Position numbers and translations under genes: made by a program. From NCBI GenBank assembly GCA_963803435.1, contig CAWDML010000009.1, forward strand, positions 192,001-256,000: 64,000 bases of DNA. Reading direction: 5' to 3'. This document shows, in pieces, positions 1 through 10,234 of the stretch. The notes below the pieces were generated by a model. The model was given only the letters and a program-made list of their open reading frames with translations. It did not search any database and was not told the DNA's origin. Each line of letters starts with the position of its first letter. Position 1 is the first letter of the stretch. Source of the DNA: an uncultured delta proteobacterium. Its GTDB lineage: Bacteria; Myxococcota; Kuafuiibacteriia; Kuafuiibacteriales; Kuafuiibacteriaceae.

Positions 1-1059
1 GGGCTCGGTGGGCTCGAGGACCGTCGGCTGCTGATCGAGCAGGTCGACGCAGCGCTCCGCCGACGCCATCGCGGACTGCAGCACCGTGTACTTGGTCGAC
101 AGCTCGGTGATCGGCTGGAAGAAGCGGCGGAGATAGTCGATGAAGGCCACGAAGAGCCCGATCTCCACGGTGCCGCGCTGGAAGAGCTTCCACCCCAGGA
201 GCAGCACCAGCGCGGTGGAGATCGTCGCGATGCCCTCGACCACCGCATACGTGATCGCGTCGTAACGGATCGCGTCGAAGTTGGCGTCGCGGTACTCCGC
301 GTTCACCTCCTCGAACTCGGCCTGCATGTTCTCTTCCTGTCCGAAGACCTGGATCAGGCTCATGCCGCTGATCGCCTCGTTGAGGAAGCTGTTGATGCGG
401 GCCAGCAGGCTGCGCACCTTGCGGAACGCCTCGCGCGCGTAACGCCTCATCAACGTGATCATACCCAGCAGGATCGGCAGGCAGAGGAACGCGTAGAGCG
501 TGAGCTGGATGTCGAGCGCCAGCATCATCACCACGATCCCGACCAGCGTGACGATGTCCCCGAGGATGCTGATCGCGCCGGTGGAGAAGGTCTCGGAGAG
601 GGACTCCACGTCGTTGGTCACGCGCGTCATGAGCCGGCCCACCGGATTCTTCTCGATGTACGCGAGGTCGACCTCCTGGAGCTTCTGGAAGAGCGCCGCC
701 CGCAGATCGCGTGTGACGCGCTGGCCGAGGATCTGGGAGAGCATCGTCTGGCCGAACTGGGCCGCGAACTGGAGTATCAGCGCGCCCACCAGGAGGCCCA
801 CCACGATCCCGAAGCCGTCGAGCTGCTTGGGGACCAGGTGCTCGTCGATCGCGACCTTCACCAGGTACGGCTGGACCAGGTTGAGCCCGGCCACCGTCGG
901 ATACGAGATCAACGTCAGCACGAACAGGCCGAAGTGCGGCTTGAAGAAGACGGCGAGCCGGCGGACCAGCTGCGCGTCGTAGGCCTTGCCGAAGGTGACG
1001 TCCTCGGTGACGCCGCGGACCTTCTTGCGCCTCAGCTTGACGTTCGCGGCCTCGGTCAC
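1..1059 (-). CDS. ABC transporter ATP-binding/permease (MsbA/MdlB-like), truncated by window edge
   Basis: GTG at 1059 overlaps the upstream TGA (GTGA). Translation gives an ABC membrane domain (EKNPVGRLMTRVTNDVESL...FLNEAISGMSLIQVF, YLRRFFQPITELSTKYTVLQSAMASAERCVDLLD). Confidence 0.85.
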   Translation of the reverse strand, partial: MTEAANVKLRRKKVRGVTEDVTFGKAYDAQLVRRLAVFFKPHFGLFVLTLISYPTVAGLNLVQPYLVKVAIDEHLVPKQLDGFGIVVGLLVGALILQFAAQFGQTMLSQILGQRVTRDLRAALFQKLQEVDLAYIEKNPVGRLMTRVTNDVESLSETFSTGAISILGDIVTLVGIVVMMLALDIQLTLYAFLCLPILLGMITLMRRYAREAFRKVRSLLARINSFLNEAISGMSLIQVFGQEENMQAEFEEVNAEYRDANFDAIRYDAITYAVVEGIATISTALVLLLGWKLFQRGTVEIGLFVAFIDYLRRFFQPITELSTKYTVLQSAMASAERCVDLLDQQPTVLEPTEP

Positions 1060-2830
1060 GCGGCGTCCTCCGCCGGCGACACTGGCCGGCTCTCCAGCTC
1101 CAGCGCTTCGCGGAGCCGTTGCCGCTCGTGCATGCGGGCGAAGACCCCGCGCTTCTGGAGAAGCTCGCGTTCGCTCCCCTGCTCGATCACGCGGCCGCCC
1201 TCGAGGACGAGGATCCGATCGGCGTGGGCGGCGAAGGCCAGGCGGTGCGTCGCCACGATGATGGTGCGCCCGGCCTCCTTCTCGGTGAGCGCGCCGAGGA
1301 TCTTGTTCTCGGTCTCCGTGTCGACGGCGCTCAACGTGTCGTCGAGGAGCAGGATCGGAGCGTTCACCAGGATCGCGCGGGCCAGCGTGGTGCGCTGGCG
1401 CTGTCCGCCCGATAGGGTGATGCCGCGCTCGCCCACGACCGTCTCGAGGCCCGCGGGGAAGGCGGAGAGATCCGTGTCGAGGCTCGCGATCCGAACCGAG
1501 GTCTCGACCTCGTCGTCGCCGGCCTCGGGGCGGCCGAACGCGACGTTCTCGAAGAATCGTGCGCGAGAAGAGGAAGGCGTCCTGCGGCGCATAGCCGAGG
1601 AGGCCCCGGACGAAGCCGAGGGGCAGGTCGACGACGTCGACGCCGTCGAGCGCGATCGAGCCGCGCGGGACCACCAGCAACCGGGCGAGCGCCTTGAGCA
1701 GTGTGGACTTTCCGGAGCCGGTCTTCCCCACGATCACCACGGTCTCGCCGGCCTCGATCTCGGTGGAGACGTTCGACAGCGCCGGCGGCGCGCCCTCGGC
1801 GTAGGAGAACGTCAGATCGGTGACCTCGATCCTGCCCGTAAACTTCTGGGGTTGGACCGGGCCGTCGGTGAGATCGGGCTCCGAGAGGAAGATGTCGTTG
1901 ATTCGGTCCATCGAGGCGAGACCGCGCTGCCAGAGCGAGATCATCCAGCCGAGCGCGATCGTCGGCCAGGTCAGCGCCGCCAGGTACGCGTTGAACTGCA
2001 CGAAGTCGCCGACCGACATGCGCCCGCTCGCGATCCGGTGGCCGCCGATCCAGAGCAGCACGACGCCGCCGATCCCGCCCGCCATCCCCATCAGCGGGAA
2101 CATGAGCCCGCGCAGCCGGGCCAGCGCGATGTTGACGGTGAGGTACACCTCGTTCAGCCCGAGGAAGGTCTTGTTCTCGTCCGCCTCGCGCTGATAGGCG
2201 CGGACCGTCATCACGCCGGACAGGTTCTCCTGCACCTTCTCGGAGAGGACGCCCAGCTTCTCCTGCTGGTCCCGCGAGAGCACGTACATGCGCTTGGCGA
2301 ACATCCGGCCCAGCATCAGGAGCGCCGGCATCGGCATCAGCGCGTAGAGCGTGAGCTCGAAGTCGGACGCGAAGAGGATCGGGATGACCACGATGTAGAC
2401 CAGCCCGGTGTTCGTGAGGTTGAGGATGCCGGGGCCCAGGAGGAGGCGGACCTGGGTGAGGTCGTTGACCAGGCGGCTCATGACCTGGCCCAGGGGCATG
2501 CGCTGGTAGAAGGCCGGCGACATCCGCATCAGGTGGGCGAAGGAGTCGTTGCGGATGTCGTACTCGACCTTACGGCCCGAGTTGAAGATCAACAGGCGCG
2601 ACAAGATCCGCATGAGCGACGCGACCACAGCCACGCCGATCAGCTTCCAGGCCGCCCCCATCACGCGGTCCCCGTTCTCGGCCACCAGTGCGTCCGTCCC
2701 GATACGCAGGAGCTGAGGGACCGTCAGGCTGAACGCCTGCGTCAGCGCCAGCGTGAGCAGACCCAGCGCGAAGGAGACCCGGTACCGCGCGAAGTACTCG
2801 CGGATTCGACGTTTGTGAGCGATGTCGAGG
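1056..2830 (-). CDS. ABC transporter ATP-binding/permease (MdlA-like), frameshifted near 1552
   Basis: Walker A GKTGSGKST, Q-loop GYAPQDAFLFSRT, then a one-base shift into ENVAFG...LSGGQRQR...LLLDD...ATHRL; N-terminal membrane domain. Start codon unclear (~2830). Confidence 0.8.
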
Positions 2831-2879
2831 AGGCTACCCGGTCTTCAGGGCAGTACGAAACGGGGATTACTTTGATCGG

Positions 2880-4865
2880 TCACAATCCGCAGGCGGCCGG
2901 ATAGTTCGTGGCCCCGGTGTTCGGGTCGACCACCCGAAGGAAGGGCGGCAGGCAGTTGAACGCCATGACGCAGTAGAACTCGCCGTCGGCGCTGCCGGGC
3001 GGTCCTTGGAGCGCCTGCGTGCCTCGCTCGATGCAGCGGGGCGCATCGACGTCGCCGGCCAGCCCGGTCGTGGGGCAGACCGCCGTCGCCGCGCCGTTCT
3101 CTCCGCAGCGGCACGCGCCCGGGATGTTCATCCCAGGGTTGGCGCCGATGCAGGAGAGGCCGTTGCAGTCGGCGTCCTGGAAGCACGGGATCAACAGCGG
3201 CGAGCAGGTCCACAGCCGCGGGCAGGTGTGCACGCCGGCGAGGAAGAGATCCGGGTTGCACGTGACCGTGCAGATCGCGGCGGGACCCATCGGATCGATG
3301 CCCTGGCAGAACTCCTGCTCGTTGACGAGCCCGCCGGGCCCGCTGCCGTCCACGTCGTTGTAGCCGGAGGTCCAGCCGGAGCGCGGCATGTTGCAGGTGT
3401 CGTTGTCCATGCACACGCGGCACCACGGATTGGTCCCCATGTCGAAGCACTCGCCCGCCAGCGCCTGGGTGGCCACGGTCGCCGTCCTGGGCAGGCAGGT
3501 CGCCGGATCCTCGTAGGGCTCGGGCGTGGCGGGATCCTTGTCCTCGCCGCAGCAGAACTGGTTGAACCCGCAGTCGAGCGCGTTGTCCTGACACCCCGGA
3601 TCGCAGCAGGTACCGATCTCACCCTCGCCGTCGGGCTTGGTCTCGAGCGCCCGGCACTCCTGCTCGGAGTACTGGCGTCCGATCTCTCCGCGCTTGCACG
3701 CCTCGCCCGCGCGGCAGTCGTTGCCCTCGTAGCACCCGGGCACGCAGGCCGGCGGGAGCTGGGTCTTGTCGCAGACGATCCCGGCCACCGCGCAATCCGT
3801 CTTGCGCTCGCAGCCGAGCGGGGCGCACGCGTTGTCGTCGCGGTAGCCCTGGGCGCCGCCCTTGTAGTAGCGCGGCGGCGGCCGGACCGGCGGCGGCGGC
3901 AGGTTGCAGTAGGTGTTCGGACCGTAGCGCGGGTTGTCGGTGCAGTCGCTGTCCGCGGTGCACGGCGCGTCACAGAACCCGTCGGAGTGACAGACCTGAT
4001 TGGCGGGGCAGCTGCCCTTTGTGCAGCCGGCGATGCAGATGCCGTTGCGCTGGTTGCAGATCGGGAGTCCCGGATCGGTGCAGTCGTCGTTCGAGTCGCA
4101 GAAGCCGATGCAGATGCCGAGGGCGCCCGGCTGATCGTTGGTGGCGCAGGCGGGGGCCGGCGACTGGCCGGGGATGCCGCACTCGACCCCGGGGCAGATC
4201 TGCGCAGGAGGCATGCGGCCGCAGCCGGCGCCGTCGTCCGGATCGCGCGGGCAGATCACCGGGTCCTCGGCGCAGCCCTGCGGCCGGAAGCAGGCGCCCT
4301 CCTGGTTACAGGAGAAGCCTGCGGGGCAGCCCTGGCTGCAGGGCCGGCCGCAGAACTTCTCGCCGCCGGCGTATTCGACGCAGGTGTTCATGCCGCCCGT
4401 GATCGGGTGGGAGCGCCCGCAGTCGCTGTCGGTCTCGCACGGCTCGCAGGGCGCGCGCGACCGGGTGCAGACGTTCCCGTGGTTGGGATCGCACCACGCG
4501 GTGAGGTGGTAGCCGTGGCCGCACTCCTGCGGGTTCACCAGATCGGAGCAGACATTGCAGTCGTTGTCGGTGGTGCAGGCGTGGCCGGGCACGCACTGCG
4601 GCGGATCCATCGAGAGGTTGCAGACCTCGCCCGGGTCGCAGCCCCGGTTGTCGGGACCGCCTTGGTCGTGCTGGCAGGGGCCAGGACCGGTGTCGACGAC
4701 CATCGCGTCTTCGGGGCCCTCACCGGTGTCGGGCACTTCGCCCGTGTCCGGAGTGCCGGTGTCGGTCACCCCGCTGTCGGCTTTGCCGTCTTTGTCGTTC
4801 TTGCATCCGGGCGCGGCAGCAAAGACGAAGGTGAGCGCGAGCGGGAGCAACTTGAGTTGAGACAT
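2880..4865 (-). CDS. Cysteine-rich secreted lipoprotein (myxobacterial-type disulfide-rich repeats)
   Basis: Signal peptide ending AAPG-C, DTG-repeat linker, many C-xx-D-x-D-C units over 661 aa. Confidence 0.75.
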   Translation of the reverse strand: MSQLKLLPLALTFVFAAAPGCKNDKDGKADSGVTDTGTPDTGEVPDTGEGPEDAMVVDTGPGPCQHDQGGPDNRGCDPGEVCNLSMDPPQCVPGHACTTDNDCNVCSDLVNPQECGHGYHLTAWCDPNHGNVCTRSRAPCEPCETDSDCGRSHPITGGMNTCVEYAGGEKFCGRPCSQGCPAGFSCNQEGACFRPQGCAEDPVICPRDPDDGAGCGRMPPAQICPGVECGIPGQSPAPACATNDQPGALGICIGFCDSNDDCTDPGLPICNQRNGICIAGCTKGSCPANQVCHSDGFCDAPCTADSDCTDNPRYGPNTYCNLPPPPVRPPPRYYKGGAQGYRDDNACAPLGCERKTDCAVAGIVCDKTQLPPACVPGCYEGNDCRAGEACKRGEIGRQYSEQECRALETKPDGEGEIGTCCDPGCQDNALDCGFNQFCCGEDKDPATPEPYEDPATCLPRTATVATQALAGECFDMGTNPWCRVCMDNDTCNMPRSGWTSGYNDVDGSGPGGLVNEQEFCQGIDPMGPAAICTVTCNPDLFLAGVHTCPRLWTCSPLLIPCFQDADCNGLSCIGANPGMNIPGACRCGENGAATAVCPTTGLAGDVDAPRCIERGTQALQGPPGSADGEFYCVMAFNCLPPFLRVVDPNTGATNYPAACGL

Positions 4866-4968
4866 CGAGGAGAACCTTCCGGTTGTAGCTACTGAGTGGA
4901 TCGCGCACTCGGCTCATCGCGCGTTGGGCGTTGACTCTACCGACCCGAGATCTTCTGTATCAACCAGA

Positions 4969-5637
4969 ATGCGCGTGTCCGTGAGGCTGTTCGCCGTCTG
5001 CCGGGAGCGGGTGCAACGCGACACCATCGAGGTGGAGATCAGCGGGGATTCCGCCGATTTGCCCCGCCTTCGCGCTGCCATCGGACGCGACTTTCCGATG
5101 CTCGCGCCGCTGCTCCCGATCGTCCGGGTCGCGGTCAACCATGCGTTCGCGGAGGAGGGCGATCCGATCCGCGCCGGGGATGAGGTCGCGCTGATCCCAC
5201 CGGTGGCCGGCGGCTCGGGTCTTGGACCGTTCGAGATCCGATCTGCGCCGATCCGTCTCGAGGCCGTGGAAAACGCGGTGCGTCACGGCGGCGCGGGTGC
5301 GGTGGTCGGGTTTCTCGGCACGGTCCGCGAGCGCACCGGCGATCACGAGGTGGTCGCGCTCGAGTACGAGGCGTACCTCGAGATGGCCGAGCTCGAGCTG
5401 CGAAAGATCGGAGCCGAGATCGCGGAGCGCTGGCCGGGCGCGCGCACCGCGATTCTCCATCGCGTCGGCCGGCTCGAGATCGGCGAAGCCTCGGTCGCCA
5501 TCGCGGTCTCGGCGCCGCACCGCGCGGACGCCTTCGAAGGCTGCCGACACGCGATCGAGCGGCTCAAGGCGGAGGTACCGATCTGGAAGAAGGAGATCAG
5601 AAAGGACGGCAGCGTTTGGGTGGGCGTGGGGAGCTGA
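4969..5637 (+). CDS. moaE: Fused molybdopterin synthase MoaD-MoaE (MoaX-like)
   Basis: MoaD part (VRLFA...RVAVN...GDEVALIPPVAGG) followed by MoaE part (GAVVGFLGTVR, LEYEAY, HRVGRL, SAPHR, LKAEVPIWKKE). Confidence 0.92.
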   Translation: MRVSVRLFAVCRERVQRDTIEVEISGDSADLPRLRAAIGRDFPMLAPLLPIVRVAVNHAFAEEGDPIRAGDEVALIPPVAGGSGLGPFEIRSAPIRLEAVENAVRHGGAGAVVGFLGTVRERTGDHEVVALEYEAYLEMAELELRKIGAEIAERWPGARTAILHRVGRLEIGEASVAIAVSAPHRADAFEGCRHAIERLKAEVPIWKKEIRKDGSVWVGVGS

Positions 5638-6888
5638 GGCGCATCGCCGTCGAGACCGTCGACGAGGCGGGTGTCGCGCGCGGTCCCGTGCGCGTCGCCG
5701 GCGTCCTCCCGACCGAGGAGGTGGAGGTCCGCGTCGAGCACGTGGGGAAGCGCGGGGTCGCCTACGCGCGGCTCGCCCGCGTGCTCCGCGCCGCACCCGA
5801 GCGGGTCGAGACGCGCTGCCCGCACTTCCTCGACTGCGGTGGCTGCGATTTGCTCCACGCCCCGCTCTCGCTTCAACACGCGCTGGCGCGGGGGCGGATC
5901 GCGCGCGCGCTCGGCCTGGAGCTCGAGCGCGTGGAGCCGGTCATCGAGAGCCCGCGCGCGCTCGGGTATCGGGCCCTCGCCAAGCTGGTCGTGGGGCCAG
6001 AACGCATCCTCGGATCGTACCGGCCACGATCGCACGAGGTCGTCTCGATGGACGGCTGCCTCGTTCACGCGCCCGAGGCCGAGGTCGTCGTGGAGTCGCT
6101 GCGCGCTCTGATCCGCGAGCACGAAGGACCGCTCGAATCTTCGCTACCTCCTGGTACGTGCTTCGCTCGCCGAAGCCGTGAGCGTGGTGACCTTGGTGTC
6201 GCGCACGCAGGAGGCGGAGGGCGTCCGCGCGCTCGCCGAGCGGCTGTCGGAGCGGGCCGACGTTTCGCGCATCGTCCTCCACGTCAACGACTCCGAGGGC
6301 GACGCTCTGCTCCTCGCCGGCGCGCCCGAGGAGACGCTCCTCGATCGAGGCGCGGCCCGGGAGCGGATCGGACCGGTCTGGCAGAGCTTGCACTCGGGCG
6401 CCTTCGTGCAGGTGAATCCGCTGGCCGCCGCTCGGCTCTACGCGCTGGTGGTCGAGCTGGTCGAGCCCGAAGGCAAGCGCATCGCGGACCTCTACTCGGG
6501 ATTCCGGCGGGCTCGCGCTCACGCTGGCGGCGGCCGGGGCGCGCGAGGTCATCGGTGTGGAGGCGAGCGCGGCGGCGGTGGCGGCGGCGAGGGCGTCGGC
6601 GCCGCCGCAGGCCCGCTTCGAGGCCGGCGCGGTGGAGGCGTTCGAGCTACCCGAGGGGCTCGACGCGATCGTGCTGAACCCGCCGCGCAAGGGCGCGTCG
6701 GCCGAGGTCGTCGATCGGATCGCCGCGTCCGGCGTTCCGCGCGTCGTCTACGTCAGCTGCAACCCTGACTCGCTCGCGCGCGATCTGAGCCGGCTGGGCG
6801 GGCGCATCGACCGCGTCGTCCCGGTCGATCTCTTCCCCAGACCCGTCACATCGAGACAGCGGTGCGCGTCGAGCTGTCGCGGAAGTGA
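5616..6888 (+). CDS. RlmD/TrmA-family RNA m5U methyltransferase, three apparent single-base frameshifts (~6137, ~6502, ~6838)
   Basis: Fe-S motif CPHFLDCGGC, then across frames FVQVN, DLYSG(S)GG, LNPPRKG, YVSCNP, DLFPQTRHIE; stop TGA 6886-6888. Confidence 0.8.
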
Positions 6889-6930
6889 AACCTCTCCGCC
6901 GGCCGTTTCTCCGGTGGAGAAGGAGGCGAG

Positions 6931-7250
6931 ATGCAGGTACCGCTTGAATCACCTTCCACCAGGTGGAGCCGTCGGAAGCGATCGAGGCGTACGTCCAGGG
7001 CCGCGCCGACAAGCTCGAACGCCATCACTCGCGGATCATTCGGTGTCGCATCGCGATCGAGGAGCCCCACCGCCGCCATCGAAACGGCAATCGCTTCGTC
7101 GTGCACCTCGAGGTCTCGGTGCCGGGACGAGTCCTCACCGTGGTGAACGAGCCCGGCGACGCAATCATGCACGAGGACGTCTTCCAGGCGCTCCGCGACG
7201 CGTTCGTCGCGATGGAGCGCCAGCTGGAGGACCTCGGACGCTCGACCTGA
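6931..7250 (+). CDS. HPF/RaiA-family ribosome-associated protein, frameshift near 6948
   Basis: AAGGAGG RBS, MQVPLE(I)TFHQVEPSEAIEAYV...KLERHHSRIIRCRIAIE...ALRDAFVAMERQL after restoring one base. Confidence 0.8.
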
Positions 7251-7316
7251 CCGGCGCTCAGAACCGGTCCTAAACCGTTCCGTTCGCTGTTCTGGCATTC
7301 GCTGCTCGTCTTGATG

Positions 7317-7358
7317 GTTCCGGAAATTCTGCTGCCTCCCGTTCCGGAAATTCTGCTG
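7317..7358. repeat. 18-bp direct repeat GTTCCGGAAATTCTGCTG, two copies, 24-bp period
   Basis: Exact copies at 7317-7334 and 7341-7358, each containing the palindrome TTCCGGAA, between convergent genes. Confidence 0.85.
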
Positions 7359-7408
7359 AGCTCAGAGCGATCCTGACCAGCTCGGTCAAGACGGCGAAAG
7401 CACGGCGC

Positions 7409-9415
7409 TCAGTCGAGGAGGGCCCGGTACAGCACCATCCCGAGCCCGTGCTCGTCGAAGGGCTTCTGGATCATCATCGCATCGGGCTCGATGCGGCCCC
7501 GCTCGAGCAGCTCCTCTCGCGGATGCGCGGACATGTAGACGACCTTGATGCCGGGGCGGACCGCTCGGAGCTCGTCCGCCAGTTCACGCCCGAGCTGGCG
7601 CGGCATCATCACGTCCGTCAGGAGGAGATCGATTAGGGTGGCCGGGTGCATCGCGAGCTCGATCGCCTGCTGGGGGCTGGTCGCCATCAGGGCCGTGTAG
7701 CCGGCGCGGCTGAGGTAGTACGCGACCGCCTCGCGGACGAACGGATCGTCCTCGACCACCAGGACGCTTCCGCTGCCCTGAAGGGTGAGCTCCTCCCGCG
7801 CCAGCTCCGCGGTCTCAGGGACGGTGGGCAGGTGGATCGTGAACGTGGATCCCGCGCCGACCTGCGTCTCCACCTCGATCCGACCGCCGAGCCGCCGAAC
7901 CAGCCCGAAGGTGGTCGAGAGGCCGAGACCGGTGCCTTTGCCGACGCCTTTGGTCGTAAAGAACGGCTCGAAGATCCGACGTCGCGTCTCCTCGCTCATC
8001 CCGGTTCCGCCGTCTCGGACCGACAGCGTCACCCAGCGGCCTCGATGAAGCTCGTCTTCGGCGTCGGTCGCGATCTCGGCGGTCACAATCTGGAGGAGGC
8101 CTCCGTTGGGCATCGAGTCGCGGGCGTTGGTCGCCAGGTTCATCATCACCTGCTCAATCTCCCCGGCCTTCGCGCGGATGCGAGCGCCCGGCGCCGTCGT
8201 CTTCGTCTCGACACGGACCGCGTCGCCGACCAGGGTCTCGATCAAGGGCCCGCACGACCTCACGACGGCGTCGAGCTCGAGGGGTTCGGCGTGAATCGGG
8301 CGCTTCCGGCTGAAGTCGAGCAGCTGCCGGGTGAGCCCCTCGCCGCGCCGCGCGACCTCGACGACCCGCTTGATCTCCCGATGTCCCGGCTGCGACGGGT
8401 CCATCCGCGTCAGCGCCACCGTCGCGAATCCGATCACGCCCATCAGCAGGTTGTTGAAGTCGTGCGCGATCCCGCTCGCGAGCGCCCCCACCGCCTCCAT
8501 CTTCTGGGCATGCCGGAGCTCCTCCTCCAGCCCGCGCTCCTCGGTGACGTCGGAGAGGACGCCCGCCACGCGGTCTTGATCGACCCCGAAGGCACGGATC
8601 CGCACGATGCGCACGTCGTTCGCGCGGATGACGCGCAGCTCGTGGTCGAAGGGGTCGCCCCGCAGGAGGCCGGCGGCCGCGCGGCGCACGCGCATGCGGT
8701 CGTCCGGGTGAACCCAATCGAGCAGGGATACCTGCCGCTCCAGGATCGCGCTCGGTTCGACGTCGAGCACATGCGTGATCGCCGGGCTCAAGTAGATCAC
8801 GCGCCGCTGCGAGGGCTGGTAGACGAAGAAGACCTCGTCGATGTGGTCGGTGAGCTCCTGGAAGCGGGCGGTGGCCTCCCGGAGCTCCTTCTCGATCCGC
8901 CGCTTGTCGGTGAGATCGATCATCGTCATGAGACAGGTGTCGCGCTCCGGCGGGACGGTCGAGGCGAGGAGCACGGGAATCGATGTCCCATCGGCCTTCG
9001 AGATCCGGAGGTGGAGACGTTCGGGCGTGCGGTCCTGGAAGACCCGCCGGAGGTGGAGCTGAAAGGCGTCCGCGTCCGGCTCGCTCATCAGCCGGGTGAT
9101 CGCGCGCTGGCTGAGGCGCTCGCGCGACGCGCCCAGCAGATCCTCGGCGGTGCGATTCACCTCGACGATCCGACCAGTCCGATCGAGCGTCACGTAGCCT
9201 ACCGGAGAAAGGTCGAAGAGGTCGAAGTAGCGCGCTGTGGTCTCCTCGAGCTCGACCTGCACGCGGCGGAGCTCCTCGTTCTGGATCTCGAGCTCGAGCT
9301 GGTGAACTTGCAGCTCGTCGATCAGGACGTCCTGCGAACGCTGCTCGAAGAGCTCGACGCGCGGGCGTGTCCCGATCGATTGCTCCGCCTTCCTTCGCAA
9401 CTCCAAGTTGTCCAC
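7409..9415 (-). CDS. PAS-domain hybrid sensor histidine kinase/response regulator
   Basis: Coiled coil, two PAS domains, H-box [12 protein letters not shown] boxes ([21 protein letters not shown]), C-terminal receiver ([16 protein letters not shown]). Confidence 0.93.
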   Translation of the reverse strand: MDNLELRRKAEQSIGTRPRVELFEQRSQDVLIDELQVHQLELEIQNEELRRVQVELEETTARYFDLFDLSPVGYVTLDRTGRIVEVNRTAEDLLGASRERLSQRAITRLMSEPDADAFQLHLRRVFQDRTPERLHLRISKADGTSIPVLLASTVPPERDTCLMTMIDLTDKRRIEKELREATARFQELTDHIDEVFFVYQPSQRRVIYLSPAITHVLDVEPSAILERQVSLLDWVHPDDRMRVRRAAAGLLRGDPFDHELRVIRANDVRIVRIRAFGVDQDRVAGVLSDVTEERGLEEELRHAQKMEAVGALASGIAHDFNNLLMGVIGFATVALTRMDPSQPGHREIKRVVEVARRGEGLTRQLLDFSRKRPIHAEPLELDAVVRSCGPLIETLVGDAVRVETKTTAPGARIRAKAGEIEQVMMNLATNARDSMPNGGLLQIVTAEIATDAEDELHRGRWVTLSVRDGGTGMSEETRRRIFEPFFTTKGVGKGTGLGLSTTFGLVRRLGGRIEVETQVGAGSTFTIHLPTVPETAELAREELTLQGSGSVLVVEDDPFVREAVAYYLSRAGYTALMATSPQQAIELAMHPATLIDLLLTDVMMPRQLGRELADELRAVRPGIKVVYMSAHPREELLERGRIEPDAMMIQKPFDEHGLGMVLYRALLD

Positions 9416-9741
9416 GGATTCCCCTCGAGCGACGAGTGACGATCTATGGAACGGGCTTAGCCCCGCATCAAGCCCAACCGACCGAGGCATCGCGCCACGC
9501 TCGGCCCCGGTGTGCTCAATCCTGGTGGGCGCCAGCGATGCGCGACGTACTCCTTGAAGGGTGGCCGTGGGGTCCGGGTCACACCGCGGCCGCGTCCAGT
9601 CAAGAATGCAAGCAGACTTGCGAAGAGCGCAACCGCCGCGTCGCCCGAGGACCCCGGCCGCCGGAGAGGTCGCAGCGGGCGAATCGAGGCGTTCTCGCGA
9701 CCGAGTTGAACTCGAAGGCGGCCCATCGTACGAAGGCTCGC

Positions 9742-10230
9742 GTGACCTTTCCCTCGTTCGACTGGGTGGATACAGAGGACCGTTTTCGCCTGGCGATCAT
9801 GCCGCGTCCCGACCCGGACCGGCTCGAGGCACACCTGAGCGAACTCAAGGAGAGAGGCGCCGACGTGCTCGTCTCGATGCTGCAGCCGGAGGAGGCCCTC
9901 GCGCTGGGGCTCGGCGACGAGGAGGACCTTTGCCGCAGGATCGGGATCACCTTCTACAACCATCCGGTGCCCGACCATCGAACCCCCGAGGACCGCTCGG
10001 CGATGGAGGCGCTCGCGCGCGTGCTGGTGTCCGAGCTGGAGGCCGGGCACGGCGTCGTGATCCACTGCTTCGCCGGGATCGGACGCTCGGCGACGATGGC
10101 CGCGCTGGTGCTGATCCTCTGCGGTTATCCGCTCGACGACGCGTGCCGGCGGTTGAGCGCCGCTCGGCGGCTGCGCGTCCCGGAGACGCGGGCGCAGCTC
10201 GAATGGCTGAGCGAGACCGCGCGCAACTGA
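9742..10230 (+). CDS. Dual-specificity/protein-tyrosine phosphatase
   Basis: CX5R loop VIHCFAGIGRS, PVPD acid loop, C-terminal VPETRAQ. Confidence 0.88.
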   Translation: MTFPSFDWVDTEDRFRLAIMPRPDPDRLEAHLSELKERGADVLVSMLQPEEALALGLGDEEDLCRRIGITFYNHPVPDHRTPEDRSAMEALARVLVSELEAGHGVVIHCFAGIGRSATMAALVLILCGYPLDDACRRLSAARRLRVPETRAQLEWLSETARN

Positions 10231-10234
10231 GGAC

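Noticed and set aside
1-2830. Continuous reading frame appearing to fuse the two ABC transporter genes
   Set aside because: It arises from a single extra base near 1552. The true NBD C-terminus is in the other frame with a normal GTGA overlap, so this is probably an indel error.
5616-7250. Programmed frameshifting or pseudogenisation in the rlmD-like and hpf genes (also asparaginase ~18822 and permease ~60755)
   Set aside because: All are single-base indels, mostly at short runs or doublets, in otherwise intact unrelated genes with no slippery heptamers. Long-read consensus error is the simplest explanation; it needs a raw-read check.
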